DNA of 64,000 nucleotides from Eledone cirrhosa (lineage: Eukaryota), in assembly GCA_964016885.1 (NCBI GenBank), contig OZ024742.1, positions 204,538,001 to 204,602,000 of the forward strand. The letters are read 5' to 3'. Of this stretch, positions 50,480-64,000 are shown one piece after another. Within the stretch, counting starts at the first letter, position 1; every line of letters starts with the position of its first letter. A program made the translations under genes and the position numbers. The notes beneath the pieces are model-generated. The model ran no database searches, was not told the origin of the DNA, and worked only from the letters and a program-made list of their open reading frames with translations.

Positions 50480-53400
50480 CAAAAACTATTGATCATGTGA
50501 CAATGCTTATCATTTGTAAACTAAAACAAAACAAAAATACACTCCTCACCAACGAAGAGCGAAAAATAGAATAGAAATGATGTTTGGAGACAGTAAAAAA
50601 CGAAATCTTGAATACAAGCTGATCATCCTCAAACAAGAATTGAGAGCTGTCAGTGAGAAACTTCGGTATCAGAAGAGAGTGGCTGAAAGATAAATGATTA
50701 ATAAAAGATTCAGTCAAAACCAAACATCATGAGATATGAGAGGCAAATCAATAAATGTCACTGAGACCCTGTCCCAGAAAGACATGGATTTCTTCTGGAG
50801 ATAACTATGGGGTGGGGAAAGGAAGTTCAGCCAAGATGCAATGTTGTTGAAAGAGATCCGAACGAACTGTTGCCCCTGCGTTACACCAGAAACATACTGC
50901 ATCAATGATGATATCCTTGAGACTGTGATAGGAAAACATCAGGATAAGAAAGCACGAGGAAGAGACTTGATTGTCGGTTACTGGTACAAAAAACTGTCTT
51001 TCTATCGGATGTATTTTATCAACCTCCTCTACTAGCAATCTCTCAAGGGAGATACACTTATACCAAGCTGGTTGAAATTACCAGAGACAAGATTTCTCCC
51101 CAAAGATAAAGAAACTCAGTTGGTAAACAACTACCTACCAAATGCATACCAGAAACTAATGTATAAAATGTATTCAGCCTGTCTGAACTTATTTCTCCAA
51201 GACGACTGTCACAATAGCAATATCATCACAAATGAGTAGGCAACTGCGAAGAAAGAAGTTTGGGTGTTTGCTAAACAATTCCTAATTAACAAAACTGCGA
51301 GGTCAGAGGTGCGGTGACATAGGAGGAACTTGATTATAATCTGGTTGGGTTACAAAAAAGCATTCGATTTTGTTCCCCATGCTTTATGCTAGAGGTCCTT
51401 CAACTTGCTGAAGTCCCAGATAACATTATCAGAGCCATGGAGAACCTATTTTCATCCTGGGCCATTATCCTGAAGTTAAATACAGAGTAGGAGGACTATA
51501 TTGTCACTGATAAAATAGAATATCGGAGGAGTGTACTGCAAGGAAACAGACTCTTTGTGATGTTATTTATCCTGTCAGTAAACCTCTTGTCCTTTATGAT
51601 GGGGAAATATGAAGGATATGCAATTGGTTCACGGAAGGCCAGAAACACCAACCAAACACAGCTTCTTTGTGGATGGCCTGAAACTTTATGCCAAGAATAT
51701 AAAGCATATGAAGAAAAACCTTGACCTGGTTACGACATTCTCAAAAGCTATCGGGATGTAGTTTGGCCGACATAAATATCCATATGTGATAGTAAAGCAA
51801 GGAAAAACTACAAGCCAATCTAACAACACCTCTATTAATGGCCTGGCTGTTTCACCGTTATCTAATGAGAACTGCTACACATACTTAGGGATAGGTGAAA
51901 ATATATCCTTTATTTAACAAGTAACGAGTAACAAAGGTATATATCACCCAAATAAAAAAAAAACATGATCTTCTGAATTCTCTGCACACAATAAAACAGT
52001 GGTCCACAATGTGTTTGCTAAGCCTATGCCAATACCAACATTTTGATCACTTGACTGGACCCTAGATGAGATCTGGGTCATTGATGTTAAAACCCGAAAA
52101 GGTATAACTGGCACTGGGAATTATCACATCAACAGTGACATAGACCGCCTCCACCTGAAACGTAAACATCAATCCAAGCAGCATTTGAATGTCGTCTCAT
52201 AAACTTCCGACATCTACGAACCACCAAGCGTAGAAGCCTATACATAGAACAAGTCTGTCTACATAAGGCAGCTAACGTCAGGAGACTTAGGAACGAGCTT
52301 CTTGAGAAATACTCCCTGAAAGATGACCAAAATCTCACACCCTGGGAAATTTTACAGCAATACCGCAACAGCTTAGTGGATGAAATGCTGCAAGCTTATC
52401 AGCAAGAGATACTGGGATAGAAGTTGGCCAGGTTAAATGTTCTTATATGATTGTAAAGCGAAGAAAAACTACAAGCCAATCTAGGAACATATTTATCCAT
52501 GGTCTGACTATTTCACTAGTGTCAAACGAGGACTGCTACAAATACCTAGGGATTGATCAAAATATATCCTATAATGAAATGTGTAACAAGTAACGAGTAG
52601 CCTGGAAATATAACACCCAGATAAAACAACATGAGAGTTGGAAGGAGCTGCTTGATAAATGGTTTAAGAAAAACATTGATTATATACGACATTCTCAAAA
52701 GATATAGAGATGGAGTTTGGCCAAGATAAATATCCCTATGCATGATAACCAAAATCTCACATCCAAATAAATTGCACTGCAATACCACAACGAATCCATG
52801 GACGAAAAGCTGCATGCCTATCAGATAAGTCATAATTGGCATGAGAGATTCAAAGTGAGAGTAATATAGATAAGCAAAGTAGTCTAACTTGGACCAACAA
52901 CCGGTATTATTTTGCTATTATTTTGTAGGGTATGCTTTTGCAATCCAGTAACAGGAAATAACAACGAAACACCTAATGGACAAGAGATGGGATGCAGATA
53001 AAACACCTAAACGTGACAACAGAAGCAGACTCTGTGGAATAAGTATCGAGGACGTCACCCATATCATAAGCAGCTTTTCAAAGATAGTATCTCAATACTA
53101 TCTTACCTATAAGGCAAAATGTAGTGGTCGAGCCACTATACAGTGCAATCTGTAGAAAGGATAGTCCTGAGGATAAAAATATAAAATGTCACAGCGGTGT
53201 AGATGGCATACGCATACATAATATGAAAGAGTACTTGTAGAATGTTCCTGTCTAAGCCCCAAGCATAACAGACCAGACATATGGGACAAACAGAAAAAAA
53301 AGCATGCACAGTAGTGGAAATCAGCTACCCAACAGATGTCGATATAATGTGAAAAGGGAAACATTTATGCTGAACTAATGAGAAATCTGAAAATTCTCCA

Positions 53401-53585
53401 CCCTAACATTAGATATGTACTTCTAGGTATTGGGGCTCTGGAATATGTTACTAACTCCCTTGATAAATATCTTGAGAAGCTGGGCTTCACATGACCAGAC
53501 AGGGTACGGCTAATTAGAAAGTTGCAGTCTTTTAATGTAACTGGAAGAATATGTAAAACATTCCGGAAATTTAGCATATAATAAT
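50480..53585 (+). pseudogene. decayed RLE-type non-LTR retrotransposon (R4/Dong-like)
   Basis: Ordered motifs: KARGRDLIVGYWYKKL, WLGYKKAFDFVPH, GVLQGN, FVDGLKLY, YTYLGI, LCG..EDVTHIISS (CCHC remnant), KHNRPDI (RLE). Many stops and frameshifts. Confidence 0.85.
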
Positions 53586-54064
53586 TGCATATACACATGT
53601 ATGGATTTAGAAACACATGCTTTCTGATGCGGTCTAGGATGCCAGTATGAAAAACAGCAGCACTGTCTCACATGTGGGAGTAGTACTTCATTATGTATCT
53701 CACCTGAACTTTGTAGAGGGTCCTTAGTTGTTAGTGGTTGTTTCACAGCAATTGTCATAAACTATTCAAACTATAAATAACAACTGTTTTTCAGTAACGA
53801 GAACTTTACATTAAGATATTATTTCCCTTGTTTTTGTTCTTTAATTGCCTCATTTCTCTCAAAGATGGAATATCAGAAAGCTTTTAAATGGCAACATTTT
53901 CTAGTCTACTGTAATAGAATCCCGTCTAATGTCTTCATTTAGACTATATAATCAATGGATCTGGTTTCGATTGGTGGCTTTTAAAAATTTCAGTTGTTGT
54001 CATCATCATCATCATCACCATTACTATTATTATTATTATTATTGTTATTATTATTACCAGTATT

Positions 54065-54680
54065 AGTAGAGCGTCAGACACCATGCTTTGCAGCATAGAG
54101 TTACGGCCCTTTGCGTTCTGGGTTCAAACCCTGCCAAGGTTAACTTTGCCTTTCATCCTTACGGGGTCGATAAAATAAAGACCGGTAATGCACTAGGGTC
54201 GATTTAATCGACTTTCCCCTTTCTTTCAGATTTCTGGCTTTGTGCCTAAAGTAGAAACAATTATTATTAGGGTGGTGGCTTTGAAGAATAGTTAGAGCGT
54301 CAGACAAAATACTTTGCAGCATTTAGTTACGAAACTTTATGTTCGGAATTCAAATCTCGCCGAAGTTCGCTTTGCCTTTCATCCTTACGTACTCGATAAA
54401 ATAAAGTACCAGTCAAATACTGGGGTTGATTTAATCGACTTTACCCTCCCCTAAAAGTGTTGGCCCTGTACCTAAATCAGAAACCACTATTATTGTTGTT
54501 GTTGTTGTTGTTGTTGTTGTTACTATTGAAGGTGGCAAATTGACAGAGTCGCCAGAACGTCGGATAAAATGATTCGCAGTATTCATTCCGGTGCTCTGCT
54601 CTGTGAGTTCAAATCCTGCCGATGTCAACTTTGCCTTTCATCCTTCCGAAGTCGATAGAAAAGTATCAGTCCAGGTCTGG
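54065..54680 (+). mobile_element. three head-to-tail family A SINEs following an (ATT)n tract
   Basis: Cores at ~54150, 54375 and 54635, separated by ATT/GTT tails. Confidence 0.85.
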
Positions 54681-54939
54681 TGTCGATTCTTCCTCTATAT
54701 CACTTTCTCACTTCCTCTTCATCACTCTCTTTCCTTAAGATATAAGAAACTGGCCGTATTTAGATCTGGAGAGATGGACTCAGCCAGCTTTAAAGAAAAT
54801 GCCCAAGAAACACCGTATGTCACTACAACGCCCCTACGACTGTACGATAAGTTACGTGTCTTACACACACACGCGCGCGCGCGCGCGTATGCGCGACAGC
54901 TACAAACCCTGCTAAGAGTATTGCAATCACTTGTCAGAT

Positions 54940-55400
54940 TCAGATGTGTGACGCCCGGATATGGCTTTTCAAGCCTGCTAAAGACTTGCACTCCTTCGCA
55001 CATTGACGACAACTATGGATCTCCCTGGCCTCAGGTTGCCTTTGAACCTTCACAATACCGTGGAGATCATAGTTCGCTGGTTCTTTTTGAACATGGCTGT
55101 GACTGTGGTTCCTGAGACCAGATTTGCTCAAGCAAATCTTTCCACACTCAGGGCACACCAATTCAATGGACACACCGATCGTTTCAAGAGATATACTAAG
55201 ACATTACTTACGCACTTCCAGTTTGATCTTCTCGTGCTCTATGCGTCTGTCCCCAAAATTATGGATCCCACCATTCACTATTCCACGCCAAGTTTCTCTT
55301 TCAAGAGCTTCTATCTCCCAGTTAGCCACCATCAAACCAGTTTTTTTTTCAATGAGTCCTTTACACAATCCTTGAATCGGAGCATACATACACACATTCT
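54940..55400 (-). pseudogene. 3' end of an RTE-type LINE ORF with two C-terminal C2H2 zinc fingers
   Basis: RFKDCVKDSLK..WEIEALERETWR, then CPECGKICLSKSGLRNHSHSH and CRQCAKECKSLAGLKSHIRASH. Confidence 0.75.
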
Positions 55401-55694
55401 TCTTCGTCCATTTATTTCTGATAGGGCCGTGAGGGTAGTGTCCTCAAACACGCCTTCCGGAGAGTCCTGTAAGAAGCAACCGTCTCCAATTGATTCTGTT
55501 GATACCCAAGCAAGACCAGCCGAGCTCATGGATCTTATACAACCATCTTTCTCGGTGTTTCGTTCTGAATTCAAATCCCGCCGAAGTTAGCTTTGCCTTT
55601 CATCCTTACGGGGTCGATAAAATAAAGTATCAGTAACACAGCTGAGTTGATTTAATCGACCTTGTACCTAAATCAGAAACCATTACTATTACCG

Positions 55695-56270
55695 CCTGAC
55701 CGTTGAGCCTTTCCCCAGTCTGCGCCTGTACTTTCACTTCTTGCGGAAGGGACAGATTCCGCTGGTCATGGGATCCGTCTTCTGCCAACAGCCTTTGCAC
55801 GGAGGGTTAGCATTCCCTGGCTGGCAATGTGCAAATATGTGACCAGGTGTGTTCACCGTTTATGAGTCACGGATTTTGCAACTCATCTCTTTGACTAAAC
55901 TGCAGCCTTGGATCAAGCGAAAACCAAGCCTGGGCACCTGGAATGTGGTCAGGCGCTTACAGCTCTCTACCAATCGGGCAATGCAGTCAGTGGAAACTCC
56001 ACATTAGTGCTCTGTAGAAGACCAGTTGTTAGCAAATGTGACGACGTTCTCGAGGAGACTCTAGGCGTCAACAAGAACGAATTAGCTAGTCTGTTTGGGA
56101 GGAATTTCAGTCAGGGGCCTATGGATAATTTCCAGAAATCCTTCGCCTGGGATGCACAGCCGGTCCAAGACAAATTCTACAGGCACAGAAATGCTATCAG
56201 ATGGAGCTGTCCGAGATACGTGCGGAGCAATGAAACCGTTCTGCACGCACTCGTCTAGTGTCTGGGCATA
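55695..56270 (+). pseudogene. L1/Tx1-clade ORF2 C-terminal fragment
   Basis: MDNFQKSFAW..PVQDKFYRH..CPRY...ETVLHALV*C, a zf-RVT-like zinc knuckle. Confidence 0.65.
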
Positions 56271-56814
56271 ACTGACAGCAAACAGCAAATACCTAGCCAG
56301 TCAAGTCAACTTGCTAAGTAAATTGGCTTCGCTGGTGACATCTAATAAGATTGAAACATGTCTTACTTTCACCAAATTGGCTTATAGACAAGGTCAATTC
56401 ACACTACATTTATTTAAATTGTTCCCCAAAAAATCGTGGACTGAAGACCCCTAAAGGGAGGTTCGGTTTTTGGTGTAGCCAGAATAGTCTCGGTTGATTG
56501 AAGATTTTTCCCATATTCAGACGGTGAGACTATATGTGTGTGTGTGTAATGATGTAGTATATTTACGCCATATGTAGTGTGCCCTCTTGAGTCATTTTCG
56601 ATTTTTTTCCTTTTTTGAGACCCACATATATGTAGACATACAGAGGCAGGCCGGCAGACAGACAGACGGACAGACAGACAGAAACGGGATGAGAATGACA
56701 ATGCACTGAATAGAGAAGAGAGAAAAGGGAACAGTAAAATGAATGGATGGAAAGAAGGAGAGTGGCAGAGGAGTGAGAGAGGTAGAATGACAGAGAAGAA
56801 GAACAGAGAGGGGG

Positions 56815-57535
56815 TGACAGAGGAGAGCAGAGAGTGGGTGTTAGAGGAGTGACAGAGGAGTGAGAGAGTGGATGATAGAGGAGTGACAGAGGAGAGCAGA
56901 GAGTGGATGATAGAGGAGTGACAGAGGAGAGCAGAGAGTGGATGATAGAGGAGTGACAGAGGAGAGCAGAGAGTGGATGATAGAGGAGTGACAGAGGAGA
57001 GCAGAGAGTGGATGATAGAGGAGTGACAGAGGAGAGCAGAGAGTGGATGATAGAGGAGTGACAGAGGAGAGCAGAGAGTGGATGATAGAGGAGTGACAGA
57101 GGAGAGCAGAGAGTGGATGATAGAGGAGTGACAGAGGAGTGACAGAGAGTGGATGATAGAGGAGTGACAGAGGAGAGCAGAGAGTGGATGATAGAGGAGT
57201 GACAGAGGAGTGACAGAGAGTGGATGATAGAGGAGTGACAGAGGAGAGCAGAGAGTGGATGATAGAGGAGTGACAGAGGAGTGACAGAGAGTGGATGATA
57301 GAGGAGTGACAGAGGAGAGCAGAGAGTGGATGATAGAGGAGTGACAGAGGAGTGACAGAGAGTGGATGATAGAGGAGTGACAGAGGAGTGACAGAGAGTG
57401 GATGATAGAGGAGTGACAGAGGAGTGACAGAGAGTGGATGATAGAGGAGTGACAGAGGAGAGCAGAGAGTGGATGATAGAGGAGTGACAGAGGAGAGCAG
57501 AGAGTGGATGATAGAGGAGTGACAGAGGAGAGCAG
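56815..57535. repeat. purine-rich 35/36-bp minisatellite (GAGTGGATGATAGAGGAGTGACAGAGGAGAGCAGA), ~19 units
   Basis: Direct reading. Two unit variants end in GAGAGCAGA or GAGTGACAGA. Confidence 0.96.
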
Positions 57536-58713
57536 TAAGGGAGTGACAGAGAGGGAGAGATAGAAGGTAAGGGAGAAAGAAAGAGATAGAAGGTAAGAAA
57601 GAAAGATGGAAAGAAAGAAACAAAGAAAGAAAGCTCTAAAAGATTAGAGAGAGAGACAAAGATAGATATAAAGGTTAAGAGATAGATAAAAGGTGAAAGA
57701 GAAAGAGAGATAGATAGAAAGAAGGTAAGAGAGATAGAGAGAGAGAGATAGGAGAGATAGATAGAGAGAGAGAGAGAAAGACGGTGGGGTGGAGAAAAAC
57801 AGAGATAGAGAGACAGAGTAGCAAGGTGATCATAAAGTCGGGGTCTACCTGTCACACTTCGCTAAATGTTACGAACTCTGATTATCTCATCTCGGATATT
57901 CCCGGAAATTTCCGAGTTATATTCCCGGAAATTTCCGAGTTTTGTTGACGTTATATATCTTTAACCCTAAGCCAGCTTTGACTCAGAGCAAACCTAACAT
58001 TAAAGGCCTTCCAGCCGTGACTATCCGGTTTTTTTGTGTGTGTTTTTGTTGTTTTTATATTGCGTTTTTCTATGTTTTCGTTTTACTTAAAAATGAACTA
58101 AATGTAAATAAACGGGGTTTGTTTGATGTGTAAATATATAAATTACGAATGATTTATTCGTAAAAATAAAAGGAAATAAGCACAAGTTTGGGACATTACT
58201 TTATATTTATCCGTCTATCTGCTGCAATTTCCTGTTTGTAAATTCACAATTAGCAAAGCAAAATGTTTAAACATTAAATTGTTTGATATTGATAGAAGAA
58301 AATATAAAGGAAAATTATTGAAATGAATTTAAATGTAATTTGAGGCAATTTAGCTGCTATTTCATGCATCTTGGGCGACTAGATCGAGGAGTATTTGTCC
58401 CATGATGTGTAGCAACGATGTACAGTCATTGAAATAAGACAGAAATGACACTTGTTATTGATCATATGACTGAGTTGTCGTTTAACTCCAGGTCAGCTGC
58501 CTACAGCGAGTAGAGCTATGATCAAAGGTATTCCTACCATTAACCATCCCGTTAGTTGTTGTATTTTCTTTTAACCATGGTATATCTACGACTATATTAT
58601 CCAATGTGAGCTTCCTTTTTGTGATGTTATAGTGTAATTCGTAGGGAGAAGGAAAGGGTTAGATTTGGCTGCTATTTCTAGCACACAGAATGACCATGAA
58701 GAGATTGGTCGTA

Positions 58714-59227
58714 TACTCTCGGATCCCGAATAATAGAGGGATATGGAATAAGCGGGGGAGTTGGAAAATCGTTATTTTTTTCTAGGTTGTCTCCGTTGAT
58801 TATTTTTATAAACCCGAATTAGTGGTTTAATTTATATATTGAGACCCCAACCCATGTTATTTATTTTATAACGTATGAGATTTCTAGTAATGTACTTTTT
58901 TGTCGAGTGATGCGTTATGTCCTTGAGCAAGACACTTTATTTCACGTTGCTCCTTCTCCCTGGAGTTGCGACCGATAGATAATATTGGCAATTGGAAAGA
59001 CCGATGAAATATTGTTTCCTCAGTCCGATTTGACGAAAGTCGATCGACTATCGATGTATAGAAAATTAATTGTCGCGGGAATGCTACCACTTAAAATAAA
59101 GTTTTGTCGGAGATAAATTAGAAAAATTTAATAAGCGGGGCAAGGTGGAATAAAAGCGAGCGAGATTGGAAAAATATCTGAAAAATTAATAAGCGGGGGA
59201 CAGGTCATTATTCGAGACCCGAGAGCA
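58714..59227. mobile_element. MITE with ~20-bp TIRs, containing a family B SINE fragment
   Basis: TA-CTCTCGGATCCCGAATAAT ... ATTATTCGAGACCCGAGAG; subterminal AATAAGCGGGG repeats. Confidence 0.75.
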
Positions 59228-59820
59228 ATTGAATTATTTTCTGTGTTGTTTAATTCCAGGACAATCCTGATCGTTCATACCTTTTATTAAAAGTGTCTCA
59301 GCTACGGCAGCCCCGTCTTTTAACCAACTATATTGTATCTAGAAGTACCTTATCAAGTATATCCTTACTTATTGTGAGGAAGATGCGACAGCTATTTCTA
59401 GCAGGTTGGGCGATTATATATAGTCCCATTGCTTTTGTTATTGTTTGGTTCACATCAGATTTAACCACGCAGTCATTATGATCAAAGGCGTTCCAACCAT
59501 GACCATCACATCTTTGTATGGATATCTATGAATACCACATCTAATACACATGTCTTTAGTTGTTTTAAATAGTTGGGTGTGACCTGAGTAAGTTTTGGCT
59601 GTTATCTTTAGCATATTCGTCGACCACATAGAGGCGTCCTTTTTGGCTCGTGTCTCAGTATGTGTGTGCATGTAATATAGTGTTGCGAGTGTATTTAAGT
59701 TTACATACATGCGTTTATGTGTGTGTGTGTGTGTGTGTGTGTGCGTGAATAACATTAAGAAAGATGCTGTGATTACATATATATGTGTGTTTATATATGT
59801 GTGTGTATATATATATATAT

Positions 59821-59963
59821 ACTATAAAGAGTCGGGACCCTACGGCTGAACTCTTGCCCTTTCAACAGCTTATAATATAACCATACTCGACTACCCTAAG
59901 TATAGAGTACACTATTGAGTACTGGTCTAACTAGTTTTAAACTGATTCTAACCTGAAATTAAC

Positions 59964-59967
<4 letters not shown>
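59821..59967 (+). mobile_element. PLE-type 3' terminal stub embedded in (TA)n
   Basis: (TA)n on both sides; ATTGAGTACT ~45 nt before the end. Confidence 0.5.
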
Positions 59968-60023
<56 letters not shown>

Positions 60024-60025
<2 letters not shown>

Positions 60026-60356
60026 GTTGTCCCCTAGAGCATCCGCGAAGTGTGGAAAACCGCGAATATCGGACGTGTTTCATAAAAATGCCTATAAACG
60101 TCAAAATATAATGTAAAATATAATTGAAATAAAAAGAGGGAGCGTCGTATGCAAAGGGGCGACTAATAAGCCCACAAATACAGTACGGTGTTATTAATAA
60201 TTTAGCGTTAAAAATATTGCCACGAAAAATACCATTAAAAAAATCGCAGAAGAAATTTACGATTCCGCGAATATGCAGTGGTTTCCACAAACAATTATTA
60301 GTCAGGTTCTAAGGAAGATTCCGCGAATAAGCAGGGTCGCGAATGGCGGGGGTACA

Positions 60357-60359
<3 letters not shown>
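60024..60359. mobile_element. Tigger/pogo-like MITE inserted in (TA)n
   Basis: CAGTTGTCCCCT ... GGGGGTACACTG-TA TIRs; repeated CCGCGAATA motifs. Confidence 0.75.
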
Positions 60360-60401
<42 letters not shown>

Positions 60402-60674
60402 AGTATGCTATTTGAGAAACTAATAGTTGTGTGTGTATGTATATATGTATGATATATGTATGTATCTATATGTATGTTTGAATTCAAATGATCGAGTGCT
60501 TTACACGAGAATATTGGTCAGCACACTAAAGTGCACATATGCAGCTTTGTATATTGCAGGTCTTCTAAAAGACTTGCAGGAGTCTGGAGAGATTAAAGTG
60601 ACACAGTCGAAAACAATATTCCTTTTAACAGTCATGGACTAAGTTATCCAAAACACACATTATATACGTATTAT

Positions 60675-60760
<86 letters not shown>

Positions 60761-60935
60761 TAGAAACATATATATACATTTACATATATAAAATTGGTCG
60801 TTTTGGAAGCCTCAACAATGCAGATGGGTAAATCTCCGGGTAACAGAATCAGGTGGTAATGAGAGAGATGTAAGAGGAAATGTAAAATGAGACGTATAGG
60901 GTGTAGAGGAACGTAGGAAAGAGTGTAAAAATAAT

Positions 60936-61141
60936 TGTTTCTTATATAGGCACAAGGCCAACAAATTTGGGGGGCGGGGAAAGTCGATTAAATCGACTGG
61001 TACTTTATTTTATCGACCCCGTAAGGATGAAAGTCAAAGTTAACCTCGGCGGGATTTGAACTCAGATCATAAAGGACCGTAACTCTATGCGTCAAAGCAT
61101 GGCGTCCGGCCCTCTACCGATACTACCAATCCACCGCCCTT
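60936..61141 (-). mobile_element. family A SINE with an 18-bp target-site duplication
   Basis: AAAGAGTGTAAAAATAAT at 60918-60935 and 61142-61159; the SINE is absent from the mirror arm. Confidence 0.93.
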
Positions 61142-62349
61142 AAAGAGTGTAAAAATAATAATACGAGATAGAGTTACCTTGGAAGTGATTTAATTGTCCC
61201 TATATTTCGGATGGTTTTCCGAGGGGGAAAGTTTTTAGTCGGAGAGGAACAACACGAGGCCTCTGTTGTCTATCGTGTGTTCCTCTCCTAGACAACAGAT
61301 GCCACGTGTTGTTCCTCTCCTACTAAAAACTTTCTCCCTCGGAAAACCGCCAGTTGATGGATGCGAAATCCGAAATATAGGGACAATTAAATCACTTCCA
61401 AGGTAACTCTATCTCGTGTTATTATTTTTATACTCTTTCCTACGTTCCTCTACACCCTATACCTCTCATTTTACATTTCCTCTTACATCTCTCTCATTAC
61501 CACCTGATTCTGTTACCCGGAGATTTACCCATCTTCATTGTTGAGTACACAGGAAGCTGTGTAAACTCATAAAATTAAGCAACCTAACGGTTTACCAGCA
61601 ACTTACCGATTAATGCAAACCCTAATAATCCTTAATAGATAATTTGAAGATAGGAATGCATAGTATAATATACTTACTATAACAACATGGCCTGTAATTC
61701 GGTGGAATTTACCTTTACCAAACATATACCTATAAACTATACACAACTCAAAACATTTACATCTCAAACTAAGAGAATTCCATGGTTAATACATCTGAGT
61801 TACAACCAACATATACATCTATATACGAACTCCTATATAAAAACAGTTGAGTGAAAATTACCTACCCAATTCAATCATGTGCTTTGCATTATAACTCACA
61901 TAACATATACCTATTTTATCACCACACGTCTCCCTGCCATATAGCGCGCCATTTTAAACATTTTTAACACTTATAACATGCTTTAACATTCTACACGAAA
62001 TATGCTTATTTCAGCTGTAATATAATTCTTTCCTCATACATGCCTTATTGATTGTATTGACTCCTGCATTATAAACACTTAACATTACCTGATCTCCAAT
62101 GCTAAGATATCTTATATTTTATATCTATCCTATCTTACATTTTTCCTTGCTGGTACCTTTTTTGCCTGTACTTTTTGCTTGTACCTCTTGCACTTTCCAC
62201 CAGTGCTCCTTGTAATTGTATCCTCTCAAGCATAACATCTTTTTAACTCCTGATTCTCTACATGTTGTCTACGACACTAACAACACTTATGTATCTACCT
62301 AAATGTTCTGAATGACTAGGATTTTAATCACCTGTTTAGACATTCCCTA

Positions 62350-62396
62350 TGCTCCGATGATCACAGACATCCCTCTGGGAGAAACAATTGTCAGCA
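62350..62396 (+). ncRNA. type I hammerhead ribozyme (U4C variant)
   Basis: TGCT-CCGATGA-TCACAGA CATCCC TCTGGGA-GAAA-CAATTG-TC-AGCA. Confidence 0.78.
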
Positions 62397-62569
62397 AATA
62401 AATGTATTAAACTAAGATTTGATTGTTTTAACACGTTGTATCTCGGCTCTGTAAACACTTGATCATTTGCATTGAGCCTTTTGTCATACCGTTAACCGGC
62501 TACTACTTAGTACTATACTACCCTCCATATTTATAATTATATATTAAACATATATAAGTATAAATATTG

Positions 62570-63482
<913 letters not shown>

Positions 63483-64000
63483 AAATCTACCAAAATATAC
63501 GGTAGTGTCCAATCCGTATGAAGAACTCAATGTAATCCAAATATCATGAAAAGCGATGTATTCAAAATTTTTTCGATGAAAAACACAGGAAAACAGAGTC
63601 AGATAAATTTATAACAATAATGAATAAAAACAAAGAAACAGTTCCTTATATTAAAAAATTCATCATTTTACGATCGTTTCTAGCATATATATGTGTGTGT
63701 TGGTATGTATATCATATAGATCTATGTAAAAGTTTTACAAACTATCAGAGGGAATATACATACCTACACATATATATGCTGTCTTTAGAAATAATTGTTT
63801 CTACTTTTGGCACAAGGCCAGCAATTACCCAGTGTATTACTGGTACTTTATTTTATCGACCCCGTAAAGATGAAAAGCAAAGTCAACCTCGGCGGGATAG
63901 AAATAATGATATTTGTTTATTGAAAAAAGCCAACAAAGATTTAATAAAATAGGTCGGTTTGGTAACAGGTTTTGAATTGACCAATAGAAAAGTAGTAAGT
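63483..64000 (-). mobile_element. diverged relative of the PLE pLTR at 18256-18670, with a decayed hammerhead (63663-63795) and a SINE A insertion (63796-63897)
   Basis: Shares CGGTAGTGTCCAATCCGTATGAAGAACTCAATGTAATCC with 18280-18318. The core reads CTAAAGA. TSD TAGAAATAAT flanks the SINE. Confidence 0.88.

Larger units (their letters stand above)
60811..62530 (+). mobile_element. PLE-type non-coding stub with a 5' inverted duplication (foldback 60811-61545) and a 3' hammerhead, ending at a TA-rich tract
   Basis: Arms of ~240 bp flank a loop at ~61271-61286. Hammerhead at 62350; ATTGAGCC at 62471. Confidence 0.75.

Noticed and set aside
53615-53660. CTGATGC...GAAA in the R4/Dong 3' UTR
   Set aside because: A9 is mutated, and stem III and the cleavage triplet are absent.
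56563-57855. 430-aa and 260-aa Ser/Leu-rich ORFs
   Set aside because: They are translations of the 35/36-bp minisatellite and GA-rich flanks.
57896-57942. Tandem ATATTCCCGGAAATTTCCGAGTT with an internal palindrome and STAT-like TTCCCGGAA
   Set aside because: A simple local duplication explains it, and there is no nearby gene to support a regulatory role.

Overview
AT-rich, repeat-saturated animal genomic DNA. The SINE and microsatellite content suggests an octopus-type cephalopod (inference). No host gene can be supported, and almost all track ORFs are artefacts of satellites or microsatellites. Bases 1-8987 are a 36/40-bp satellite with higher-order structure. The main signal is a dense cluster (18.2-36.6 kb, with outliers at 12, 43 and 60-64 kb) of Penelope-like retroelements (PLEs; RT plus C-terminal GIY-YIG, probably Hydra-type) from several families. 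It includes a near-intact element folded into a ~9.3-kb inverted repeat. These elements end on (TA)n tracts, share an RTTGAGTRY motif near their 3' ends, and carry type I hammerhead ribozymes with 6-nt palindromic stem III and long stem II (20-104 nt). The rest is tRNA-derived SINEs (one family inserts at ATTATT and forms tandem stacks), MITEs, foldbacks and decayed RTE, CR1-like, Tx1/L1 and R4/Dong-like LINEs.
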